Of a stretch of DNA of 54,018 nucleotides, positions 44,711 through 53,146 are shown piece after piece. Source of the DNA: Candidatus Acidiferrales bacterium (GTDB lineage: Bacteria > Acidobacteriota > Terriglobia > Acidiferrales > UBA7541); assembly GCA_035264005.1 (NCBI GenBank), contig DATFQU010000349.1, forward strand, positions 1 through 54,018. The letters run 5' to 3'. Numbering within the stretch: the stretch's first letter is position 1; each line of letters opens with the position of its first letter. A program made the translations under genes and the position numbers. The notes beneath the pieces are model-generated. The model worked only from the letters and a program-made list of their open reading frames with translations. It had not been told where the DNA came from and did no database searches.

Positions 44711-47235
44711 CTCACATCTCCTCGTGGATTTCGCCGCAACTCGCTCACACTCTCGGCTGGGCGCTGCTGCATTTCATTTGGCAGGGAGTCGCTCTGGCCG
44801 CCATTTGCTACGCCCTCACGAGCGCTTACCGCACCGCGCTCGCGCGCTACGTGATTGCTCTCTCCACTCTTGTGCTGATGCTCGCCGCGCCGGTCGTCAC
44901 CTTCGTTGTTCTCCAGCAGGGCGCCGCATCCACTTCAACTTTTTCGACGGCTTTTCACGCTGGCAACAGCTCCGCAGCCGTGCCGCCCAGCGCATCGAAC
45001 TCCGCAGTTTCAGCCCCCGCTGCGAAAGTCTTCGACGCTCTCACTCTCTACAACGCTGCTTCAAATCGGCCTTTTCGGCCGGACACTCTGCTGTGGCTCG
45101 TTGAAGCTTGGTTCGCCGGAGTCGTTTTCTTCAGCCTTCGCACCGCTGGCGGCCTCGTCGTTGTCCATCGCATGCGCCGCAATCACACCCGTCCCGTTAC
45201 TGACGCCCTGCTCGCAAAATGCCTCGCGCTCCAGCGCCGCATACGCGTCTCGCGCGCGGTTCGTTACTGTGAATGCCTCGCTTTGGAAGCGCCCGCCGTT
45301 ATCGGCTGGTTCCGTCCCGTAGTTCTGCTTCCCGTCACCGCGCTCAGCGGCCTTTCTGAAGATCAGCTCTCTGCGGTCATCTCTCACGAACTCGCGCACA
45401 TTCGCCGTCTCGATTGCTTCGTCAATCTTTTTCAGATCGCTACCGAAACGCTGCTTTTCTATCATCCCGCTGTTTGGTGGCTGAACAAGCGCATCCGTAA
45501 CGAACGCGAAAATTGCTGCGATGACGCCGCGCTCGCCGTTTGCGGCAATCCCATCGAATACGCCCGCGCTCTCACGCTCATGGAAGAGTGGCGCCAGCGT
45601 CCCGCGCTCGCTATGGCCGCAAATCGCAGCCCGCTCGTCGAACGCGTCGCGCGCTTGCTCGGCATCGCCTCTCCGCGCAGTGGAATTCGCAGCGCAGGCG
45701 TCGCCGCCAGCATCCTCTGCCTCGCCGGAGCGCTTCTCGCCGCCAACGGCCTCATGGCTGCAGGGCATTCTTCATCAACCCTCATTGGCAATCTGTACGC
45801 CTCAGCGCAAGACTCCGGGTCTTCGTCCCACCATCAACAGGAGGGACCTTTCGTTGCCGCTTCACGTCTCACAGTTTCTACAGCGTCGCGCGTGACCAAG
45901 TCCATCGTGTCTCGTCTAGTCGCTGCCGCCGCTCCTGCGCGCGCGTATGTTCCTCAGACCAATGGTGCCGACATGCAATCTCAGGAAGGCCAGGGGCAGG
46001 GCGAGGGTCACGGCGTCGGCCAGGGCGAAGGCCAATCCACATCCTCCTCTTCTTACGTCGACCAACTCAAATCCCAAGGCTATGACAATCTCACCGCCGA
46101 CGAACTCATCAGCCTCAAAGTCCAGGGCGTCACTCCCGAATACATCAGCCAAATCAAAGCCCTCGGCCTCCATCCCACGATCAGCCAACTCATCTCCATG
46201 CGCGTCCAGGGCATCACTCCCCAATATGTCAAAGAGATGCGCGACGCTGGCTTCAACTCCGACATCAATCAGCTCATTTCGATGCGCGTTCAGGGCATCA
46301 CTCCTGACTATGTCCGCGAAATGCGCGCGGCCGGTGTCAACGGCGATGCAAACGAATTCATCAGCATGAAGGTCCAGGGCCTCGACGCCGGATACATTAA
46401 AGACATGAAGGCCGCCGGCGTTGACGCCAGCACTCGTCAACTCATCGGCATGAAGGTTCAAGGCCTTACGCCGGAATACGTAAAAGAAATGAAGGCCGCC
46501 GGAGTCACCGTCGACACGAATCAATTGATCGGAATGAAAGTGCAGGGCCTAGATCCCGAATATGTAAAGGATATGAAGGCGGCCGGAATCAACGCCAGCG
46601 CGAATCAGCTCATCGGCATGAAGGTTCAAGGTCTCACTCCGGAATACGTCAAGGAAATGAAAGCCGCCGGCATCGATGCCGATGCGAATCAATTGATCGG
46701 TATGCGAGTTCAAGGCCTCGATCCCGAATATGTTAAAGACATGAAAGCCGTAGGCGTGAACGCTGACGCTGGGCAGCTCATTGGCATGAAAGTCCAGGGA
46801 CTGACGCCCGACTACGTGAAGGAAATGCGCGCGGTGGGTGTCACCGCCGACACCAATCAACTGATCGGTATGAAAGTGCAGGGCCTCGATGCCGAATATG
46901 TGAAAGACATGAAGGCTGCCGGCGTCACTGCCGATACCAGTCAGCTCATCGGTATGAAAGTCCAGGGCCTCGATGCTGAGTATGTCAAGGGAATCAAAGC
47001 CACGGGCATCAACGCCAGCACCAATCAGCTCATCGGCATGCGCGTCCAAGGCGTCACGCCCGAATACATCAAGTCCTTGCAGAGCGCCGGCCTGCAGAAT
47101 CTAAGTGCCGAAGATTGCATTCGCGCCCGCGTTCAGGGTGTTACGCCTGAGTTCATCAACGAAGCGCGCAGTCACGGCTTCAAGGACTTGACGCTCGACA
47201 AGCTCATCGATCTCAAAAACGCCGGCGTCTTTTAG
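44707..47235 (+). CDS. BlaR1/MecR1-like M56 family membrane metalloprotease with a non-canonical C-terminal repeat-array domain
   Basis: It has the N-terminal LLHFIWQG motif, HELAH (45385..45399) followed by IRRLD, and FYHPAVWWLNKRIRNERENCCD, all M56 hallmarks. A further TM helix follows (ASILCLAGALLAANGLMAAG), then a Ser/Gly/Gln-rich linker, then about 13 tandem 28-aa units. Confidence 0.9.
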   Translation: MTHISSWISPQLAHTLGWALLHFIWQGVALAAICYALTSAYRTALARYVIALSTLVLMLAAPVVTFVVLQQGAASTSTFSTAFHAGNSSAAVPPSASNSAVSAPAAKVFDALTLYNAASNRPFRPDTLLWLVEAWFAGVVFFSLRTAGGLVVVHRMRRNHTRPVTDALLAKCLALQRRIRVSRAVRYCECLALEAPAVIGWFRPVVLLPVTALSGLSEDQLSAVISHELAHIRRLDCFVNLFQIATETLLFYHPAVWWLNKRIRNERENCCDDAALAVCGNPIEYARALTLMEEWRQRPALAMAANRSPLVERVARLLGIASPRSGIRSAGVAASILCLAGALLAANGLMAAGHSSSTLIGNLYASAQDSGSSSHHQQEGPFVAASRLTVSTASRVTKSIVSRLVAAAAPARAYVPQTNGADMQSQEGQGQGEGHGVGQGEGQSTSSSSYVDQLKSQGYDNLTADELISLKVQGVTPEYISQIKALGLHPTISQLISMRVQGITPQYVKEMRDAGFNSDINQLISMRVQGITPDYVREMRAAGVNGDANEFISMKVQGLDAGYIKDMKAAGVDASTRQLIGMKVQGLTPEYVKEMKAAGVTVDTNQLIGMKVQGLDPEYVKDMKAAGINASANQLIGMKVQGLTPEYVKEMKAAGIDADANQLIGMRVQGLDPEYVKDMKAVGVNADAGQLIGMKVQGLTPDYVKEMRAVGVTADTNQLIGMKVQGLDAEYVKDMKAAGVTADTSQLIGMKVQGLDAEYVKGIKATGINASTNQLIGMRVQGVTPEYIKSLQSAGLQNLSAEDCIRARVQGVTPEFINEARSHGFKDLTLDKLIDLKNAGVF
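46102..47232 (+). repeat. in-frame tandem repeat array, 84-bp (28-aa) period, about 13 units, inside the M56 gene
   Basis: The unit consensus is QLIGMKVQGLTPEYVKEMKAAGVxxDxN. Units start at 46102, 46186, 46270, 46354, 46438, 46522, 46606, 46690, 46774, 46858, 46942 and 47026. The last units have a 29-aa period. Confidence 0.9.
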
Positions 47236-47455
47236 TTTTAGTAGCGCAGAGCTGCGCCTTTCTGCAGTTCTGCGGCTTTCGTTGTTGCTTTTCCGGGTGC
47301 CCCATCCTTCGCGGCCGGGCTGCGGCAAGCAGCCCAAAGTGAAGGAGTCACGAAAGGTGGGATCTTCGCCCTTGAATTCGGACTCAGGAAGGCTTCTCGT
47401 TCTTTTTGTTTCGCTGTTTTTCTCGGACCAACTGCCTTTGAAAGGAGTATCCGTC

Positions 47456-48604
47456 ATGGGATCGAAAATCCGCATTCTCAGCCCAAGGTCAATCACCACC
47501 GCGCTCGCAGCTTGCGCCGCAGCCGTCTGCCTGCTTCTCGTCGGCGCAAGAACTCTCCGCGCTCAAACGCCCAACGGCACTTGGGCGATGACTAGCTCCG
47601 ACCGCCCCGGCTACGTCCAATTCTCCCTGACCGTCTCGCGCCCCGGCCATCACATGCAGGAAGAATCCGACTGGCCTCTCATCTCCTTCCAAGGCCTCGA
47701 CACCTCCAACAAAGCGCGCCACGACGTCAAATTCAACGTCACCCGCGATGCCGGCCGTCTCGATTTCGACGGCTTCCTCGAAAACGGCGAAGGCGCCGGC
47801 GTCTTCCACTTCTTCGCCGACTCAAAATATCCTCAGGAAATGTCCTCGCTCGGCTTCGACGGCATCGACGCCGAAAAGCAATTCGCCATGGCCATGCATG
47901 ACGTTAGCCTCGACTTCGCGCGTCAAATGAAAGCCGAACACATCTCCGGCCTCGACACAGACAAACTCATCGCCTTCCGGATTTTCGGTGTCGACAAAAA
48001 ATTCATCGACGACCTCCGCTCGTCCGGCCTCAACATCACCGACAGTGACAAGCTCGTCGCCTTCCGCATCCACGGAGTCACGCCCGAAATGGTCCGCGCC
48101 CTTCACCAGCAGGGATACTCGCCCGATGAAGACACTCTCATCGCTCTCCGCATCCACGGCGCAACTTCCGACTGGATCCAGCAAATGTCCCAGGCCGGCT
48201 ATTCCCACGTCGACCTCGAGAAACTCATCGCCTTCCGGATTCACGGTGTTTCACCCGACTTCGTCGCGCAACTCAGTCACTTCGGTTATACGCATCTTGA
48301 TCCCGACGAGCTCATCGCTTTTCGCATCCATGGAGTGTCTCCCGATTTCGTCGCGCAACTCGACCATTACGGCTACTCGCGTCTCGACGCCGACACGCTC
48401 GTTAACTTCCGCATTCACGGCGTCTCGCCCGAATTCGTCGCCGCTCTCGACAAGCTCGGCTACCATCATCCTGAGCCCGACCAGCTCGTAGACATGTGCA
48501 TACACGGCGTCACAGCACAATACATCTCCGGCCTGCGCTCCCGTGGCATGCAAAACCTCACCATCGATCAGCTCGTCAACATGCGCATCCACGGCATCGA
48601 CTGA
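47456..48604 (+). CDS. exported protein with N-terminal unknown domain and 8-9 copies of a 29-aa variant of the BlaR1-array repeat
   Basis: ATG 47456 is preceded by aaaggag. It has the signal peptide MGSKIRILSPRSITTALAACAAAVCLLLVGARTLRA. The repeats include DKLVAFRIHGVTPEMVRALHQQGY..., EKLIAFRIHGVSPDFVAQLSHFGYTHLDP, DELIAFRIHGVSPDFVAQLDHYGYSRLDA, and others. Confidence 0.75.
   Translation: MGSKIRILSPRSITTALAACAAAVCLLLVGARTLRAQTPNGTWAMTSSDRPGYVQFSLTVSRPGHHMQEESDWPLISFQGLDTSNKARHDVKFNVTRDAGRLDFDGFLENGEGAGVFHFFADSKYPQEMSSLGFDGIDAEKQFAMAMHDVSLDFARQMKAEHISGLDTDKLIAFRIFGVDKKFIDDLRSSGLNITDSDKLVAFRIHGVTPEMVRALHQQGYSPDEDTLIALRIHGATSDWIQQMSQAGYSHVDLEKLIAFRIHGVSPDFVAQLSHFGYTHLDPDELIAFRIHGVSPDFVAQLDHYGYSRLDADTLVNFRIHGVSPEFVAALDKLGYHHPEPDQLVDMCIHGVTAQYISGLRSRGMQNLTIDQLVNMRIHGID
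47876..48601 (+). repeat. in-frame tandem repeat array, about 87-bp (29-aa) period, 8-9 units
   Basis: The unit consensus is (D/E)xL(I/V)xFRIHGV(S/T)P(D/E)FVxxLxxxGYxxhxx. The first unit (KQFAMAMHDVSLDFARQMKAEHISGLDTD) is degenerate and the last is truncated (DQLVNMRIHGID). Confidence 0.8.
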
Positions 48605-48662
48605 TTTGCAGTCCTCAAGTGTTAAGTGCCTTTCACAAGGTAGAAGTGGTATTCTTTACTGG

Positions 48663-48983
48663 ATGTTTCGTCGGGCCTCGCAACTCGTCGCCGCCGTCTC
48701 TTTGCTGATTTGTTTGCTTTGCCCCATTCTTGAAACGTTCGATCACTGGGACCACACCGCCAAAACCGGAAGCGACACCGAATACACTTTCGTTGTCCTC
48801 GGCTTGTGCATCGGCGCGACGTACGCATTTGCCCGGGCCGTATGCAGGTTGCTCGCCTGCAGGCCTGCCGCAAACCATGCATCGTGTTTCCGCTCCGGCG
48901 CATGCATTCGCTCAGCTCTGCATGGGCTGTCATTCGTCTTCTCCATTCCGATTAGCCCGCCGCCGCTCGCGCTTCGTATTTAA
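48663..48983 (+). CDS. small Cys-rich hydrophobic hypothetical protein
   Basis: ATG 48663: MFRRASQLVAAVSLLICLLCPILETFDHWDHTAKTGSDTEYTFVVLGLCIGATYAF...PPPLALRI. It has two hydrophobic segments and no family I can name. The coding status is uncertain. Confidence 0.35.
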   Translation: MFRRASQLVAAVSLLICLLCPILETFDHWDHTAKTGSDTEYTFVVLGLCIGATYAFARAVCRLLACRPAANHASCFRSGACIRSALHGLSFVFSIPISPPPLALRI

Positions 48984-49078
48984 CTCCATCCAGACCTTCC
49001 ACTAACTCCGAAGCGAACGAGTTCTCCTTCGCTTTACAGAGACACGTCTACTCAAACCGCAACTTTTTTCGCGTCTCC

Positions 49079-52009
49079 ATGAAAGGAACAGGACCAATTC
49101 GCATGTTCAAGAATCTGGTTTCATTTTGCATAATTGCATTCATCGCAGCATTTTTTGCTCTTATCGGCCAATCCACCACGAGCGCCCAAACTTCGAGGAT
49201 TGGCGCAACCATCGAGGGAACTGTCACCGACAACACTGGTGCAGTCGTGCCGCAGGCCATCATCGTCATCCGCAACATCCCAACGGGCCAGTCCCGCACT
49301 CTCAGGGCCGACGACCGCGGCTTTTTTCGCGCCGAGCAGCTTCCTGTGAGCACTTACGAGGTCAGCGTCAACCATTCCGGGTTCGCTTCCTATCGGCAAA
49401 GCAGTTTTGACTTGACCCTCGGACAGGTCGTCCACCTGAGCATCGTTCTCGCGCTCGCGTCCGCATCACAACAAGTGACCGTCAACGCCCAGCCGTCCGC
49501 CATCGACACCACTCAAACCTCCGTCGTTTCTTCAGTCGACCAGGAACGCATCGAAGAGCTTCCCGTGCGCAGCCGCAACTACCTCGACTTTGTCCTTCTC
49601 GCGCCCGGCGTTTCCAACGCGCCATCCTCATCGCTTCCAAGCGGTTCCACTCTGCCGAGCAGCGGCTTCACCTTCGGCGGCCTCCGCTCGCAAAGCAACA
49701 ACGTCTCCATCGACGGCCTCGACAACAATGACGAATACACCGGCTCCAGTCGCACAGAACTTTCCCCGGAAATCGTCCAGGAATTCCAGGTCGTCAACAA
49801 CGGGCTTTCCGCGGAATCAGGCGGAGCTTCAGGCGGCTCGATTAACGTCATCACGCGCTCCGGCGCAAACGTTATTCATGGCGACGCATTCATCTTCGCT
49901 CAAGACAGCGCCGTCAATGCGCGTGACCCCTTCGAGACCGAGCCGGAGAAGCCGTCCTTTCGTCGTTTTCGCGCGGGTTTCGCTTTGGGCGGGCCAATCG
50001 TGAAGGACCGAACCTTTTACTATGTCGCCGGCGAACAGGAGCACAACCGCGGACAGATCGGCTCAGACATCGACCCTGCCGTCGCAGCCGCAATCAATCC
50101 GTTCCTCGCCTCCGGAGCGTTTCCCGGCTTACCTACGCGCCAGATCACAACCGCATTTTCGCCCATCGCTCGCGCGGAGACTGAGGCCGCAGGCAAGCTC
50201 GACCACCAGCTTACTAAGAACACCGCGCTCATGCTTCGCTACGCCTTTACCAACAATAAAGAAGCAGGCGACGCATTCAACACCGGCGGTCTGATGGACG
50301 CCAGTTCGCGCGGCAGCAGCTTCACAAGTGACAACTCTCTTTCTGGCTCACTGACAACCGTGCTCGCCTCGCAAGCAGTCAGCGACCTCCGCTTTCAAGC
50401 AGCTACGCGCCGCGCTGTCTTGCGAACGAACCAGCCCTTCGGCTCCGAAATCGACATCGCCGGCCTGGCCACCTTTGGCCGTCCTTACGCCGGAAATAAC
50501 GACCGTCGCGAAAATCACTATCAGCTCGTCTACTCCTATGCTCGCACGAAAAACAAGCACCTTTGGAAAGTGGGCGCAACCATCAACCGTGTCAGGCTCC
50601 GCGCGGACGTGCCCGACGGCTTTGGCGGCGCGTATCTCTTCGGCTCCGTTGCCGATTTTCTTGCCGCCAATCCTGACCAATTCCGCCAGAGCTTTGGAAG
50701 TTCGCACCTGGATTTCCCCGTCACGAGCCTTGGCGGCTTCGCGCAAGATCATTGGTCGCTCTCGCATCAGCTCACGCTCGACATCGGCATGCGCTACGAT
50801 TTCGAGCATTTGCCCTCCGGATTCAACGAGGACACCAACAACTTCAGCCCGCGCATCGGTCTCGCGTGGAGTCCTTCAGCCAAGTGGGTTTTCCGTGGAG
50901 GATACGGAGTCTTCTTCGATCGCTTCGTGTTGGCCAACCTGACGCGCGCAATTGAAAAAAATGGCGTGCAGGCGTTCGAGCAGGTTGCTGACGGAAGTAC
51001 GGCCGCAGGTCTCTTCACGTCAGCGCAAGGCGGCCCATTACTCGCGCCAGCGATCGGAATCGCGCCGTCCATTTTCAGCCCCGACCCTGCGATGGCCACA
51101 CCCTATAGCCAGCAAGCCAGTGCCGGTGCTGAGTATCTCCTTGCCAAAAATCTCACCGTTCGCGCCGATTATCTCTTCGTTCACGGCGTCAAGCTGCCTC
51201 GCACGCTCAACGCGAACCTGCTGCCTCCGATAATTCTGGCGCCCGCAAACGCTGCCGGCCTCGGCGTTCCGAATCCCACGGCGCAACAACTCGGCAGGGA
51301 AGTTTTCTCTCCGGCTCGGCTCAATCCGCAATTCGACGGCGTCTATCAATTGCAGGATTCCGCCGATTCCACCTACAACGGCGTTTCATTCACCCTCAGC
51401 CGCACCATGAATGAGGAATTGGAATTTTCCGCGAGTTATACGCTTTCGAAAACTTACGATAACGCTTCTAACTACGACGAGCAGCCGCAGAATCCTTTCG
51501 ACCTTTCCGCCGAACGCGCTCTCTCGCTCCAGGACCAGCAGCAGCGCTTCGTGTTCAACGCGCTGTGGGATTTGCCCATCGGCCCCGACGAAGACAGTCC
51601 CCAACAATCAACCAAGAATAGCGGCTGGCTGACCAAGACTTTCAGTCACATCGAAGTCGCGCCGATTTTCACCGCGGAGAGCGGCCGTCCCGTCAATCCG
51701 CTGACGGGCCTTGACTCGAACGAGAGCCACGCCTTTCCGCTATCGGGCCGCCCGCTCGCTTTCGGACGCGACTCGTTAATGACACCCGCAACGGTGACCA
51801 TGGATCTTCGCGTGTTGAAATATTTTCCCTTCGGCGAATATAAGCATCTGGACGTTGTCGCCGAGTCATTCAATCTCTTGAACCACGCAAACGTTGCTCA
51901 AATCAATCCCGTGTTCGGTTCAGCTCTCATGCCGATGGCGGGATTCCGCGAACCCATCGAAGGCACCGGCGCCCGCCAAATCCAATTCTCTTTGGACTTC
52001 GAGTTCTGA
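49079..52009 (+). CDS. TonB-dependent outer-membrane receptor with N-terminal carboxypeptidase-regulatory-like domain
   Basis: It has a signal peptide (start ATG 49079 or 49103). The CarboxypepD_reg-like module is GATIEGTVTDNTGAVVPQAIIVIRNIPTGQSRTLRADDRGFFRAEQLPVSTYEVSVNHSGF. The plug motifs are RSRNYLDFVLLAPGV and FGGLRSQSNNVSIDGLDNND. The beta-barrel ends in a C-terminal aromatic residue (...FSLDFEF). Confidence 0.9.
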   Translation: MKGTGPIRMFKNLVSFCIIAFIAAFFALIGQSTTSAQTSRIGATIEGTVTDNTGAVVPQAIIVIRNIPTGQSRTLRADDRGFFRAEQLPVSTYEVSVNHSGFASYRQSSFDLTLGQVVHLSIVLALASASQQVTVNAQPSAIDTTQTSVVSSVDQERIEELPVRSRNYLDFVLLAPGVSNAPSSSLPSGSTLPSSGFTFGGLRSQSNNVSIDGLDNNDEYTGSSRTELSPEIVQEFQVVNNGLSAESGGASGGSINVITRSGANVIHGDAFIFAQDSAVNARDPFETEPEKPSFRRFRAGFALGGPIVKDRTFYYVAGEQEHNRGQIGSDIDPAVAAAINPFLASGAFPGLPTRQITTAFSPIARAETEAAGKLDHQLTKNTALMLRYAFTNNKEAGDAFNTGGLMDASSRGSSFTSDNSLSGSLTTVLASQAVSDLRFQAATRRAVLRTNQPFGSEIDIAGLATFGRPYAGNNDRRENHYQLVYSYARTKNKHLWKVGATINRVRLRADVPDGFGGAYLFGSVADFLAANPDQFRQSFGSSHLDFPVTSLGGFAQDHWSLSHQLTLDIGMRYDFEHLPSGFNEDTNNFSPRIGLAWSPSAKWVFRGGYGVFFDRFVLANLTRAIEKNGVQAFEQVADGSTAAGLFTSAQGGPLLAPAIGIAPSIFSPDPAMATPYSQQASAGAEYLLAKNLTVRADYLFVHGVKLPRTLNANLLPPIILAPANAAGLGVPNPTAQQLGREVFSPARLNPQFDGVYQLQDSADSTYNGVSFTLSRTMNEELEFSASYTLSKTYDNASNYDEQPQNPFDLSAERALSLQDQQQRFVFNALWDLPIGPDEDSPQQSTKNSGWLTKTFSHIEVAPIFTAESGRPVNPLTGLDSNESHAFPLSGRPLAFGRDSLMTPATVTMDLRVLKYFPFGEYKHLDVVAESFNLLNHANVAQINPVFGSALMPMAGFREPIEGTGARQIQFSLDFEF

Positions 52010-52114
52010 GGGACAGTAACGGCATGGGTAATTGTTCCTCCTGGTCGTACTGTAAGCGTGTGACTCACACCTGAGCGCATAAATCGCATACGAACAGAGC
52101 GAAGAAGATGTACA

Positions 52115-53146
52115 GTGGCATCTGATATGCACATTGCTGCGAAGCGAAGACCATCCGTTGAGGCTCCCACAACTTCCAAGATGGACCTTCTACAATTCGT
52201 TCCCGAGCGGTTACGTGACCTGAAGGATCCACAGACGGCCATTCCTCGTTTGGCGAAAGAGGAACACTCTGTCCGGCTCATCGAACAGGCGGTTAGGACC
52301 GTTCCTACGTCACACCGCCTGTATGGACATGACGCTAGGGACATGTCTGGCCTTGAGCCTGAAAGCGTTCACTTGGTTCTTACGTCGCCGCCATACTGGA
52401 CGCTGAAAGAATACAGACACTCGCCAGCGCAGCTGGGTCATATCGAGAATTATGACGAATTCCTTCATGAACTAGACAAGGTCTGGAAGCATTGCTTCGA
52501 AGCCCTCGTGCCGGGTGGCCGGTTGATCTGCGTCGTGGGTGATGTTTGCCTTTCCCGCCGCGAGAACGGCGGTCGCCACACAGTTGTCCCTCTGCACGCC
52601 TCCATTCAGGACCATTGCCGGAAATTTGGCTTCGACAACCTCGCGCCGATCATTTGGCACAAAATCTCGAACGCGGCCTATGAAGTCGAAGGGGGCGGCT
52701 TTCTTGGAAAGCCCTACGAACCCAACGCCGTCATCAAGAATGACATCGAGTTTATATTGATGCAGCGCAAGCCCGGCGGCTATCGTTCGCCGGATATTCC
52801 AAGAAAAATTCTTAGCATCATCTCCGCCGAAAATCACGCGAGGTGGTTCCAGCAGATTTGGACGGGCATTACTGGTGCTTCGACGAAACAGCATCCTGCA
52901 CCTTACCCTGTCGAGTTAGCTGAAAGGCTCGTCCGTATGTTCAGCTTCGTTGGTGACACGGTTCTCGATCCGTTCCTGGGGACAGGCACCACGACAGTTG
53001 CTGCGGCAAAATGGGGCCGCAACAGCATCGGATTCGAAGTAGACGATCATTATTTCGACCTCGCTCACGGACGCATCGCGCACGAAACATCCTCTCTTTT
53101 CAGTCAAGCAGATATTGCTGTCTTTCCGAGGGGCGACTCCGCATGA
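52115..53146 (+). CDS. DNA methyltransferase, N4/N6 family, beta-class order (motif IV SPPY before motif I)
   Basis: VHLVLTSPPYW is motif IV, and the SPPY variant is typical of N4-cytosine enzymes. DTVLDPFLGTGTTTVAAAKWGRNSIGFEVD is motif I/FxGxG. Start candidates are GTG 52115, ATG 52127 and ATG 52169. The stop overlaps the next start (ATGA at 53143..53146). Confidence 0.88.
   Translation: MASDMHIAAKRRPSVEAPTTSKMDLLQFVPERLRDLKDPQTAIPRLAKEEHSVRLIEQAVRTVPTSHRLYGHDARDMSGLEPESVHLVLTSPPYWTLKEYRHSPAQLGHIENYDEFLHELDKVWKHCFEALVPGGRLICVVGDVCLSRRENGGRHTVVPLHASIQDHCRKFGFDNLAPIIWHKISNAAYEVEGGGFLGKPYEPNAVIKNDIEFILMQRKPGGYRSPDIPRKILSIISAENHARWFQQIWTGITGASTKQHPAPYPVELAERLVRMFSFVGDTVLDPFLGTGTTTVAAAKWGRNSIGFEVDDHYFDLAHGRIAHETSSLFSQADIAVFPRGDSA

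Noticed and set aside
46102-47232. Regular 84-bp repeats considered as a CRISPR array or a non-coding minisatellite
   Set aside because: There is no repeat/spacer alternation. The period is a multiple of 3 and in frame with the M56 ORF. Variation is concentrated at third codon positions, and the units translate to a conserved peptide. It is therefore a coding repeat.
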